DNA of 63,871 bases, counting the filler, from Octopus bimaculoides (Eukaryota), in the NCBI RefSeq assembly GCF_001194135.2. It is 7 parts of 7 records of this genome, joined end to end, with 100 filler letters (N's around TTAATTAATTAA, not from the genome) between each part and the next. Parts side by side here need not be neighbours in the genome. Positions count along the whole stretch, not along the records: positions 47,140 to 56,500 come from NC_068999.1; positions 56,601 to 62,145 come from NC_068987.1; positions 62,246 to 63,871 come from NW_026420236.1; 4 more parts are not named here. One strand, written 5' to 3'. The notes beneath the pieces are model-generated. The model was not told the DNA's origin and searched no databases. It saw nothing but the letters and a program-made list of their open reading frames with translations. The position numbers and the translations under genes are program-made. This document shows positions 52,342 through 63,871 of this stretch, one piece after another (position 1 is the first letter of the stretch; every line of letters starts with the position of its first letter).

Positions 52342-53198
52342 CATCCATCCATCTACCTATCTATCGGACAATCTGTCCATCTACCTATGTGTCTATTAAC
52401 TTATTTATCATATGCGTTATGTCTATATTTATGTCTTCAGTCGTGTGTGCTTCACCTTTTACACATATGTGCGTGCGCAATCAGACAGAGGCGATACTTA
52501 TACGGGTGTGCTGATAGTTTTGCCAGTATAGAGTTTTGCTTTTTATCATGATGTAAAATATCCGAAATATGTGCAAAAGTGTCTTGAAATAAGCAAAAGG
52601 CCACAAATAAATGCATTCGCGACGACGTTTCAACACATATATGTGAATTTATAGCGGTATTTCGTCTGTTTTGACGTTCTGAGTTCAAATTCTACCGAGG
52701 TCGACTTTGCCTTTTATCCTAACAAGGTCGATAAATGGAGCACCAGTTGCCTACTGAGGTCGATCTAATCGACTGGCCCCCTTCACAAAAATTTCCGGCC
52801 TTGTGCCTAGACTAGAAAAGAATATATAAGTATGAGTTTATTTTTGAATGCTCATATATGTGTGTGCGCGTGTGTTTGTTTACGTGCGTACATATGTCTA
52901 TGTACGTATATATCTATGCACGTACGTACATATATATCTGTAATGAATGTAAGTAGCAGACGATAATTTTATAGAGAACCAAAGTACACTAAAGAAAATG
53001 TCCTTCACTTAGTAAATATACACTATTTGCCCTAATATGAACACGGGCATATGGCATAGTGGTTAAAAATAATGTGTCATATTTATTATTAAAATTATAT
53101 GATGTCTAGGAATCCGAAATTTCGCAATTCAAGATTTTACTTTTAAAAATGAATGTACTCTACTAAAAACATTGATTAATCCTTCTGCTGTATGTTGA

Positions 53199-53240
<42 letters not shown>

Positions 53241-53346
53241 AGCATGTAATATATATATATGTATAATGTATATATGCATGCATATATATATATATACAGA
53301 TATATGTACATGCATAAATATATATATATATACGCTCATATATACA

Positions 53347-53388
<42 letters not shown>

Positions 53389-54519
53389 GTAGTATATTGC
53401 CACTTAAGTGTGGCTGACCCCTAGGGGTGGATGTTACTGTTGCTTTTAGCCCCAGGAGGACATCTCCTCCAGCTGGCTTATCGACACACNNNNNNNNNNN
53501 NNNNNNNNNNNNNNNNNNNNNNNNNNNNNNNNNNNNNNNNNNNNNNNNNNNNNNNNNNNNNNNNNNNNNNNNNNNNNNNNNNNNNNNNNNNNNNNNNNNN
53601 NNNNNNNNNNNNNNNNNNNNNNNNNNNNNNNNNNNNNNNNNNNNNNNNNNNNNNNNNNNNNNNNNNNNNNNNNNNNNNNNNNNNNNNNNNNNNNNNNNNN
53701 NNNNNNNNNNNNNNNNNNNNNNNNNNNNNNNNNNNNNNNNNNNNNNNNNNNNNNNNNNNNNNNNNNNNNNNNNNNNNNNNNNNNNNNNNNNNNNNNNNNN
53801 NNNNNNNNNNNNNNNNNNNNNNNNNNNNNNNNNNNNNNNNNNNNNNNNNNNNNNNNNNNNNNNNNNNNNNNATATATATATATATATATATATACACATG
53901 CTTTATGCTTGCATAAATGCAGATAAACACACACACACACACATGAGTTTACGAATGTTATTTGCGTGTTATCAATGATTTACAGCTGTGTTTATGTACG
54001 TGTCTGCTAATTCTAATATATTTCTTCATATGTCTGCAAATCCGTGCGTGTGACATTACCGTTATTACGCTGTCATCATCCTAATCATTTTACATTATCT
54101 TCATCAGCATCGGATTCAATAATTAATAATAATTTCAGATGATTAGCTCTAAATTCTGCCCACACAGTCCGTTACAGGCCTTCTCTCTACCACTTATAAG
54201 CGTCATAACATAATTACTATAAGTCACGTCATGCAATTGGTTTCCAGCACACCAGATTATGAAGCATTCTGGATAACATACATACTAAGCAATACTCTTC
54301 ATCATAACAAGCCAAAAATCAGAGACTGTAGGTGGTCGAACATTTACAAGAAATAACAAAGAAATCTCTTTCACATGATTCACTGCCAACCGAAATAAGA
54401 ATAAACGGACGCAGAAGAACGTATACCTATATACACTTGTAATGAAGAAATAGTTGAAGGTAATTTGCTTATAAACATACATTAAGAGGAAATATTTCAC
54501 GGTAGCGATTTTCTTCACT

Positions 54520-54900
54520 ACCTCAGGTAGTGACGACCATTCCTGACATGAGTCTCGGGCTCAGCTGGCTCCGGCTGACAGTACCCGGTGTGGGAGCCCA
54601 TCCAGGGTTACGGGACGGAGACAACCTTCTAAAAAATCCCGAGTGGTGCCCCGTATGCGGTTTAGTGTTCGACTCAACACTCTTCCGGCAGCTCCTGCAA
54701 CCATCAAGCTTGTGCCAAACGTAATGCTCTGCACTCCTTTGGACTACGTCAGTAACGTCGAGAGAGAGGGGACTCCTGGCGATTGGGCTACACAGCATTT
54801 TATTACATCTAGCCCAGGCCTCGCGCAAAATAGGAGAGGAATCTTTGATTTGCCTCTCCAGAATGCGCAAATCCATTGTCTCCCGAGACAAAAGGATGCC
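54520..54900 (+). mobile_element. Probable RTE LINE 5' UTR fragment
   Basis: GC-richer island; ctcctttggactacgtcagtaacgtcgagagag...gcccaggcctcgcgc..ggagagga..gcaaatccattg resembles recalled RTE 5' leaders; overlapping short ORFs carry no clear domain. Confidence 0.45.
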
Positions 54901-54905
54901 AACGA

Positions 54906-54955
<50 letters not shown>

Positions 54956-55260
54956 TTGTCTGTCTGTCTGTCTCTTTCTATATATCCATACATTTATATA
55001 CATATATGTGTATATATGTATACACGCTCGCGCGCGCACACAAACGTACGCACACGCACACACACCCCCACACACCCCCACACACACACGTACTTGTATA
55101 CTCAACGGAATTAGCATTACTTTTTCAAGAATTTCAATAAGTCCTATAGGTAACACTCGCTATTAATTCTCAATAAGACTTACCATTTATTATCTTGAAA
55201 CTAACTAGTATAGAAATAAAATAATCTATTACAATTTTGCCTCCGCGGAACCATTTTCCA

Positions 55261-55324
<64 letters not shown>

Positions 55325-55696
55325 ATGTATAAATGTAAGTATATAAGTATGTATATATGTATGTATATATGGATGATGGATGTGTGTTTGTATTTATGTG
55401 TGTATGTATGTATGTATGTATGTATGCAGCCAATGCCTCAAATTGTCGTCATTACTATCATGAAAATCTTTAAGCACTCCGTCATCAACGTCGCTCTCAT
55501 AATCACAAGCAACATTAACTTAATTAAAAATTATGCATTCTTAAAGATTTTAGAATTCAAACCTTAAGGCTCTCTATGGGGTGTAAATTATATTCTCTTC
55601 CTGACGCCACATTAGCTCCATGTCAACTTGTCCACATGCACCTTATGACGGTTTGTTCTTCTCTGTCTGCCCCTCTCCTTCTCTCCTTCTCTCTGC

Positions 55697-55733
<37 letters not shown>

Positions 55734-56461
55734 TGCGTGTGAGTGTCTGTGTGTATATATGTGTGCGCGTGACTGCGTGTGCGTTTGTGAGTAACTAGAA
55801 TGATAGTTATATGTGTATGTAAGACCACACTCTAAGAATCTCTCTTCCCTTGTCAGCGTTTATTGTATGTTTGTCGCTTTATGTATCTGTCTCTCTACCC
55901 TTGCTCCCTCTCTCTATTTCTTTCTTTCCTTTTTTCTCTCTCACCCCTTTCTCTCTCTTTCTGTTACACACACACATAGACACACATACACACATAACAC
56001 TCAAAAACCTAAGCTTCCACTTTCTGAATTTCATGCAAACATTCAAATCATATCGTTTGAACATGTTTGTAAATCTGTCTGTACGTGTTTGAGTGCGTTT
56101 GAGTGCCTGTGTGCATGCGTATATGTATGAGTGTTCGTATGTCTGTCTGTGTGTGTTTGTGAGTGAGTACTCCGGCGTCTCTATCAGTCTGTATATGCAT
56201 CTAAAAGCGACTGTGAGAGCCTATCTTTCGGGTTAAACACCAAATTGAGCAAATGAAGCACAATATTAAGAATTAGATATTTTAAAAGAATATTTTAAAG
56301 GCGAAACCTCTTGCAGCATGGTTCCAATATATAGGTCACAAGTGTAATTGGATTCATAACAGTTGTCGCTGTAAGACCTTTTGTATCTGTGCTTGTTTAC
56401 GTTTAAATTTCTACAAAATTACACAAGTATATACATACACACATGCTCTCTTAACTATCCC

Positions 56462-56500
<39 letters not shown>

Positions 56501-56635
56501 NNNNNNNNNNNNNNNNNNNNNNNNNNNNNNNNNNNNNNNNNNNNTTAATTAATTAANNNNNNNNNNNNNNNNNNNNNNNNNNNNNNNNNNNNNNNNNNNN
56601 TTATACACATATTATATTATACACATGTAAAGCTT

Positions 56636-56653
56636 GAAACACGTGTACCGTGG
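56636..56653 (+). ncRNA. 3' half of a hammerhead motif (5' half would fall in the adjacent gap)
   Basis: GAAA-C-acgt-G-TA-ccgtgg: palindromic stem III, GUA triplet. Confidence 0.4.
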
Positions 56654-56751
56654 AATCCTTTGTAGTCTTGTTGTTATTTTTTTCTTTTGGATTTACTATA
56701 TATATATATATATATATATGTAAAAATATGTGACACTTATTCGGTAGCCAT

Positions 56752-56812
56752 GATAAAACTCCGAGTTTCGGATGCCGGGGTGGGAGCCCACGCCAACATC
56801 TCTTCAGTTATC
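56752..56812 (-). ncRNA. Type-I hammerhead ribozyme with a complete consensus core
   Basis: gataa-CTGAAGA-gatgttgg-c-gtgggctcccac-c-ccggcatc-c-GAAA-ctcgga-GTT-ttatc; stem I 5 bp, stem II 8 bp plus inner hairpin, stem III actc/gagt. Confidence 0.8.
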
Positions 56813-56920
56813 CAGCCACTGAAAAATCCTGTGAAAAATGACCGTTAAACGTGTGTAACATTCGTCTATAATGTCCGATACTTTCTCTTTTCTCTGTTCG
56901 TCACATGCACGCGCGCGAAC

Positions 56921-57130
56921 AACCAATCAAATGTGCACACGTATAGTAAACACAGGCAATTGTTATTAATAACCAATCGTTTTTCCTCAGATCTGTTGGT
57001 GATAAACCCTTCTTTTCTATTGAATTTTACTAAGTCACATTACTGGGGGCGGGGCGGTCTGAACCGTAAAGAAACCATAGATGCAGCTAATTATCAAATA
57101 TTGTATTCCAATGTTGAACTGACCAATCAT
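56921..57130. promoter_or_regulatory. Promoter-like motif cluster: three CCAAT boxes and an Sp1-type GC box
   Basis: ccaatc at 56923, 56973, 57123; gggggcggggcgg at 57045-57057. Confidence 0.25.
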
Positions 57131-57559
57131 ATCGGAGTTCGTTCAGGAGATTCGCAGATTCGGCAAAACAAAAGCTTGCACGATAGATCGTTATTTTGAA
57201 CCTCACACAAAGAACAACACACACACATTAACAATTTCCCTCGCACATAAATAAACTGTCGCTAAGATTTTCAAGAAATGTATGTCTTTCCGACAGGATT
57301 TCATAACACATTATAAAATGTCTTTTGCCCCACTCAAAATTTACGCATTCTTCCAAATAGCAGAGATATGATTACATATTTCATACACACCAACTTTACT
57401 TGAAAACTGAACGATGAACAATTTAACCTAGTTTCGGGAAAGATTGAAACGGGGCGAATATTTCTCACGAATGAAGATGTGTATGTCCTGAGAATGACTT
57501 TAAAACTACATCTAGTAGTGGAGGTCCTGGTTTGGAAAATCTAGCCTTTTAAGGGTGTG

Positions 57560-58070
57560 GAACCATCTCTTAACGATTATTGTTATAAAGTCTACTCTGA
57601 CCCGAAGCAGCAGCACATGCCAGGATCCCAGCTATGGGGTTAATCTGCATGCCACAGAAGTATCTTCGGAAGGTCCCTCACAGATATCCACAAATGATCC
57701 GGGGGAGATCATCAAATCCTGCACCAAGGTAGCTACTGCGCTCGTGGCACTGATTGCACCAGACCAACACGAGTTTGAAGGACGACTGAGTGGAACTGGT
57801 TCTGCACAAACCATGTCCACTTTAATGATATTCATCGGGCAGGTTGTCCAACAAACCAAAAACCAACATCACAATTTCTTCATAAATCCAGCCGTGATAA
57901 GGAAAAAAAGGTGATGGTGACAGGCAGAGGATGCTACTGGAAGTCTTCAGTCCTAACTCTACACGCAAGCGGTCAAAGGTTGATGGTCATTTTCCATAGA
58001 CTTGGGAACATTGTGAAGATATATCTTGCTGGACTCTCATTCGCCGAAGTGATGAGGGAGTCCATAATGA
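57560..58070 (-). mobile_element. L2/CR1-type LINE 3' remnant
   Basis: SLRRMRVQQDIS..QVYGK...W.NLPDE..FK pattern across frameshifts. Confidence 0.5.
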
Positions 58071-58379
58071 AAATATATATTAGCAATTTATCAAACGCAA
58101 AATACACACGTTTCAAATACGCTTCGATTTTTCTGGAATGCTTAATTGATGCATTTAAACGCTATACTACCGTACTTTAAAGCAAACATTTTTCGTGTCT
58201 CTTGGGAGTCCAGCTTAAGTCTTTCTTTTTCTTAATAAACGTTATTAAACTACACACAGTTCAGAAGGAATCATCGGTTGCCATATATTTATTGTTATCT
58301 CAAGCTGGAAATAAAGTTTTGTTCTATTTTTGAGATGATCTCTATTGAAGCTAGTTTCTTTTACATTCCAATGTTTTAT

Positions 58380-59205
58380 CCTTCCTTTGCGAATTACTTT
58401 ATGCCACAGTGGTTAAATTCGTTTCTATTTTACCCTTTTAAATAAGTTTAGATCCGACCCATATCAGACATTGCATGCTGCATGAATTCAAAAGAGGTTC
58501 TTCAGCAATGGGAGTACATGAAATATTCGTTCTGTCTATGGAAATGAAGCTTTAATTGCAGGAACATGCCAACGATGGTTTGGCCAGTTTTGATGGGGAA
58601 ATTTTTCTTTCGCAGAATCCCCTCGATGTGAACGACCAAATTCTGCCAGTTCTGAGCTTCTGAAAACCACAGATGAGGGAACTCCAAAGCAAACTGCATG
58701 AGAATTAGAAAAGCTCTTCACTTCAAGTCACACTTTGATCTTAAAACACCTTCATGAACGAGAAAAAGGGTCTTAACTTGGTCAGTGGATATCTCATCGT
58801 TTGACTGCTTCTCAGCTTAATCAAAGGGTTGCCTTCTGCTCGTCATTGAAGGGGAAATGAGTTACCAAATCTATCCCAGGATAAAATCATCAGAGGTGAT
58901 GAAAAGTGAGTTCTCTGTAATCATATCCAACGAAAACGACAATGGTTAGCACCCAACGAAAAAGGAGAATCCATTCCAAAAAACTAAGACCACATTCGAG
59001 AAAAAATAATGCTCTGCGTTTGGTGGAAAGATATGAAGGGAGTCGTCTATCACGAAGTGTTAAACCATAACGAAACAGTTGATGCAGGGAAGTATGGTCG
59101 TCAATGGATGCACAAAAATTTGCAGAAAAAACACCCATCATTAATTGTAAAAAGGTGTTGTTGCAAGACTTCATATTAACCAGTTCTCTCAAGAAAAGAT
59201 TATGG
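58380..59205 (+). mobile_element. Mariner transposase remnant
   Basis: TCQRWF..GNFS..PRC.RP; DKIIRGDEK*VL..RKRQWLAPNEK..RKIMLCVWW..GVVYHEVLNHNETVDA..KKVLLQD. Confidence 0.85.
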
Positions 59206-59381
59206 CNNNNNNNNNNNNNNNNNNNNNNNNNNNNNNNNNNNNNNNNNNNNNNNNNNNNNNNNNNNNNNNNNNNNNNNNNNNNNNNNNNNNNNNNNNNNNN
59301 NNNNNNNNNNNNNNNNNNNNNNNNNNNNNNNNNNNNNNNNNNNNNNNNNNNNNNNNNNNNNNNNNNNNNNNNNNNNNNNNN

Positions 59382-59430
<49 letters not shown>

Positions 59431-60569
59431 TTGTGTGTGTGTGTGATATATGCCATGCGGTAAAACAATCAGCGAAAGTATTGTAGCTCATATGTGATAT
59501 TAGAAGTATTTTGCAAATGCGATGAGAATATTATCTAAATGTATTAAATTTAGCAAAAATCGAAGAAATATAGAAAACTTGTATTAGTGAATATTTATGC
59601 AAATATTTAGGTAAAGATGGCTTAAAGCGTTTGATACGAGGAAAACAAATTGGGTTAGACATAACCAGATTTATTTTTTCCGTCTCAGACGATTTAAGCT
59701 ATCTTTACATGTGTGTCTGTGCTTGTGTTTCTGTATGTATGTATGTATGTATATGTATGGAAGCAGGTATATTTATATATGTATATTGATAATTACAAAC
59801 ACATGCACAAGGCGGCGAGCTGGCGGAATCGTTAGCACACCGGATAAAATGCTTAGCGTCATTTTGTCCGTCATTACGTTCTAAATTCAACTTCCGCCGG
59901 GGTCGACTTTATCTTTCNNNNNNNNNNNNNNNNNNNNNNNNNNNNNNNNNNNNNNNNNNNNNNNNNNNNNNNNNNNNNNNNNNNNNNNNNNNNNNNNNNN
60001 NNNNNNNNNNNNNNNNNNNNNNNNNNNNNNNNNNNNNNNNNNNNNNNNNNNNNNNNNNNNNNNNNNNNNNNNNNNNNNNNNNNNNNNNNNNNNNNNNNNN
60101 NNNNNNNNNNNNNNNNNNNNNNNNNNNNNNNNNNNNNNNNNNNNNNNNNNNNNNNNNNNNNNNNNNNNNNNNNNNNNNNNNNNNNNNNNNNNNNNNNNNN
60201 NNNNNNNNNNNNNNNNNNNNNNNNNNNNNNNNNNNNNNNNNNNNNNNNNNNNNNNNNNNNNNNNNNNNNNNNNNNNNNNNNNNNNNNNAAAATCACCATC
60301 ATTTGAGTTTCTTAATATATATGTCATCTCCTCTCTCCCTGCTTCTCTCTCTCTCTCTCCCCCTCTCTCTCTCTCTCTCTCTCTCTTTACACGTCTCTCA
60401 CTTCCTTACCACAGACTTCTCCTATACCCACAACGCATTTATTAATTCCACGTTGACCGCCACTATTCAGAGATTTCAGGTGAAGTGGTCCACTACCCCG
60501 CCGATCATATTGATAGCCGTCTTTCGTAATAAACTCTTCTGGTGGACTCAAGGTGTACCTAGAAACGAA

Positions 60570-61690
60570 GGCTAACCTCACAGAGGCAGAAGTCGCAGAT
60601 GCGATTAAAGTACTCAAATGTGGTAAGGCCACTGGAGAACGAATTCCGGTCTAAGATTTGAAAGCTTTAAATAGAGAAGGTACTCTCTGGTTGATTTGTG
60701 GCTTGGACCTCTGGAAAGAAATGGCAACTTTTAGAAAAGAGAGACACAAGACAGTGCTTTAATTATAGAGGAATTTCCTTCTCAAGACTATCCGGTAAAG
60801 TCTCTTCTAGGTGTTTGGAAAAAGATGTAGAGAAATCGCTGAGTTCAGATAAACTGGAAAGCAGTGTGGCTTCCATCGTGGGCGCAGCCGACTCTAAGAC
60901 GTTTCTTAGAGAGATCGAGGAAATATTACCAAGCGGTATACGCTTGCTTTGTAAACCCAGAAAAGGCATATGCTGTAGAGGGTTTTGTAGGCATTTGGGA
61001 TCGATGGGTAACTTCTGGTTGCCGTGAAGTCCCGATATGAATGTCCTGGTGTTTAGGTTCGAGTAAATGGCGACGAGTCGAAAACTTTCAGCGTGAATGT
61101 TGGGCTTAAGCAGGGGTACATATTATAATGTTTCCTTTTCATAATTTTCCTGAACCGGATTGTCATGAGCAGCCGTTGTGGAAGTGGCATCACAATCGGT
61201 AGGAGTAGGATCGCTCGACTGATGTTCGCGGATAACATGGTGCTACTTGGCTCATCAGAAGGTGATCTCCAGCATGCAGGGATGAGAATTAGTGATGCAA
61301 AGACTGAGATATTGGTCCCCTCAACAAAGGTCTTCCAGTGCACCCTGCATAAAAGTGGAAAGTTTAAGAGACCGTATTCACGAGTGACGGAAGGCAAAAG
61401 GTCCTGGCAAAGAAATGCGTCAGCTTCAGCATTTAATTCTCAGTAGAGTAGAAGTTGATAAAGCAATCAAAATTGCTATCTTTAGTTCAGTCTTCATGCC
61501 TATCTTATTCATAGCGGTACTCCAACATGGCCTCATCTTATTCATGGCGGTGGTGGTGGTGGTGGTGATGATGGGGGGGGGGTGATGGTGGTGGTGATGG
61601 TGGTGGTGGTGGTGGTGGAAAAGGCCTAAAGAGACATCGATTCCAGCATTCAGAGAAGGAGTACAGAAACATCCTCTGCACACGAGACTT
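60570..61690 (+). mobile_element. RTE-clade LINE RT remnant
   Basis: LTEAEVADAIKVLKCGKA; FNYRGIS; SKTFSVNVGLKQG; RIARLMFADNMVLL.SSEGDLQHA.MRISDAKTEIL. Confidence 0.85.
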
Positions 61691-62086
61691 TATCCTGAAA
61701 ATGTGTGTGTGTGTTTATATATATAGACGTCATGTATATGTGCGTATGTGTGTGTGTGTGTGTGTGTGCAAGTGCTTACAGATATTAATATAACGTGTCT
61801 CTAATAAACGTTGTATGAATATGTAATGCAAAATGAAATAAACTAAAAAGAAATGGAATAGAAATTTGGATGTTTTTTTTACTAGGGAACACGAAAAGAA
61901 TGTAAACATCATTACTTAGAATACTTTAGACAAACGAACCAAAGTACACACACACACACACATATGTATGTATGTATTTATGTGTGTGTATGTGTATATA
62001 ATATATATGTGTGTGTATATATATGTATATTGATAGACAGATAGATAAATAGATAAATAGACAGACAGACAGAGAGACAGACAAAC

Positions 62087-62145
<59 letters not shown>

Positions 62146-63252
62146 NNNNNNNNNNNNNNNNNNNNNNNNNNNNNNNNNNNNNNNNNNNNTTAATTAATTA
62201 ANNNNNNNNNNNNNNNNNNNNNNNNNNNNNNNNNNNNNNNNNNNNTTGTTGGAGATAGTTGCTGCAACTACTGCTGTTGCTGCTGCTGCTAACGCTGCTG
62301 CTAACGCTGCTTTATTCCCAGGTGAGCTCTGATTCATCAGAAGTATGCTCAAAGACACTTGAGCCGTAATCATCTCTTTACAGAAGTATGTCTAAGTACA
62401 TCAAGATGCCTTATTCATTCCTCCCAAAACGGGATATGGTCTAAGGGAAATTTGGCTGCTACTTTTAACAAGTCAACCGATCGCATAAAGGCCGGCACTC
62501 GTTCACATTTATCTTGATGGTGATAATAGCATATGTCGTTGTAGTGGTGTCTACATGTAGTAGTGGTGGTACTTGTAAATGCAACACTGAAATTTAACGC
62601 CTGGTTACTTTCAAATGTCCGCTTTCATTTTCTCTTTTTTATTTATCTTCCCTTGCGGTAAGGGCGGAAGCATCTATTTATCTTTTCTTATTTTATTTTA
62701 CTGTTTGAAGCCTACCTCTGAGCCATACCCCGAATAGCCCAGATATTTGTCGCTTATAGCGCATATCTTGGTATCCTTAACATCCGCTATAAGGCTACAT
62801 TCCTGAAATATTCACAGATCAACAAACGCGCATCGTTTGTCTTAATGACAACACANNNNNNNNNNNNNNNNNNNNNNNNNNNNNNNNNNNNNNNNNNNNN
62901 NNNNNNNNNNNNNNNNNNNNNNNNNNNNNNNNNNNNNNNNNNNNNNNNNNNNNNNNNNNNNNNNNNNNNNNNNNNNNNNNNNNNNNNNNNNNNNNNNNNN
63001 NNNNNNNNNNNNNNNNNNNNNNNNNNNNNNNNNNNNNNNNNNNNNNNNNNNNNNNNNNNNNNNNNNNNNNNNNNNNNNNNNNNNNNNNNNNNNNNNNNNN
63101 NNNNNNNNNNNNNNNNNNNNNNNNNNNNNNNNNNNNNNNNNNNNNNNNNNNNNNNNNNNNNNNNNNNNNNNNNNNNNNNNNNNNNNNNNNNNNNNNNNNN
63201 NNNNNNNNNNNNNNNNNNNNNNNNNNNNNNNNNNNNNNNNNNNNNNNNNNNN

Positions 63253-63304
<52 letters not shown>

Positions 63305-63499
63305 GATAGATAGATAGATAAACGTAGTGAGAGCGGTGGCGGAGAAGAAGAAATAAAATTATGGTTCTTTAAACTTATATCGTCCGCATGAAACATGTTC
63401 CAGAACAGATAAAACTCCATACCAATGATAAATACTGAAAATATCCTCTGCACATGCAAAAAAATATGCATTAATAAAATAAGTTACAAAGAAACAAAA

Positions 63500-63670
63500 T
63501 CGCGAGGGGTTTAGAGTTAAGGCTTAAGGATTAAAGTTAGGGGTTTAAGATTAGAGCTTAAGGATTAAAGCAGTGTTTCTCAGCCATTGTTTACTTAAGG
63601 AGCCCTTTATTTTACTCTACTGGATCTTATTAACCATATGATGTTTAAAAAGTCCCATTATATTTTTATG
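63500..63670. repeat. Degenerate TTAGGG-like run followed by a hAT-like terminus cagtgtttctcagcc
   Basis: ggggtttagagttaaggcttaaggattaaagttaggggtttaag; CAGTGTTTCTCA start typical of hAT MITEs; no partner TIR found. Confidence 0.4.
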
Positions 63671-63679
63671 ATTAAATAT

Positions 63680-63871
63680 TCTTTTACTTGTTTCACTCAT
63701 TTGACTGCAGCCATGTTGGGGCACTGCCTTTAGTCGAGGAAATCGACTCCAGGAGTTACTTTTTGCTGGTGCGCTAAATTACGGGGATGTAAACATACCA
63801 GCATCGGTTTTCAAGCGATGGTGTGGGGGACAAGCACAAGCACAAATACACACACACACACACACACACAC
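63680..63871 (-). mobile_element. SINE B 3' half
   Basis: ttttacttgtttcactcatttgactgcagccatg...cgctaaattacggggatgtaaac. Confidence 0.85.

Noticed and set aside
53415-53485. Hairpin-rich repeat (cccctagggg; ggagga-catc-tcctcc) as a ribozyme
   Set aside because: No hammerhead or twister core found; probably an ordinary interspersed repeat
54523-54891. 122-aa minus-strand ORF and the plus-strand WCPVCG zinc-finger-like ORF
   Set aside because: No histidine ligands or complete domain; better explained as an RTE 5' leader
62226-62300. Poly-Ala frame ending at a CAG|gtgagc donor
   Set aside because: The frame is a (GCT)n microsatellite and the donor appears to lie in a decayed interspersed repeat

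Overview
Eukaryotic, AT-rich, microsatellite-saturated scaffold segment with many assembly gaps. The tRNA-head SINE families and (TTAGGG)-type repeats suggest an octopus or other coleoid cephalopod draft genome (inference from recalled repeat families, not from a search). I found no credible intact host gene: the long ORFs in the track are microsatellite or N-gap artefacts, or decayed transposon frames. The window is a graveyard of mobile DNA: two abundant SINE families, R4/Dong-like RLE-LINE fragments, a Tx1/L1 tail, RTE fragments, three Penelope-like elements, a Tigger/pogo element, two mariner remnants, a Helentron-type HINE and MITEs. The most notable signals are: (1) several hand-foldable type-I hammerhead ribozyme motifs beside microsatellites, with intact cores at 14210-14261, 46425-46510 and 56752-56812, a degenerate core at 17343-17390 and a half motif at 56636-56653; (2) a 599-bp TIR-bounded element at 10916-11514 containing a head-to-head (TTAGGG)n/(CCCTAA)n hairpin closed by a perfect 19-bp inverted repeat; (3) a MITE nested in a SINE head whose TIRs carry CCAAT plus octamer motifs; (4) a perfect 68-bp-arm palindrome at a gap edge. 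All structures were derived by eye and need computational confirmation.
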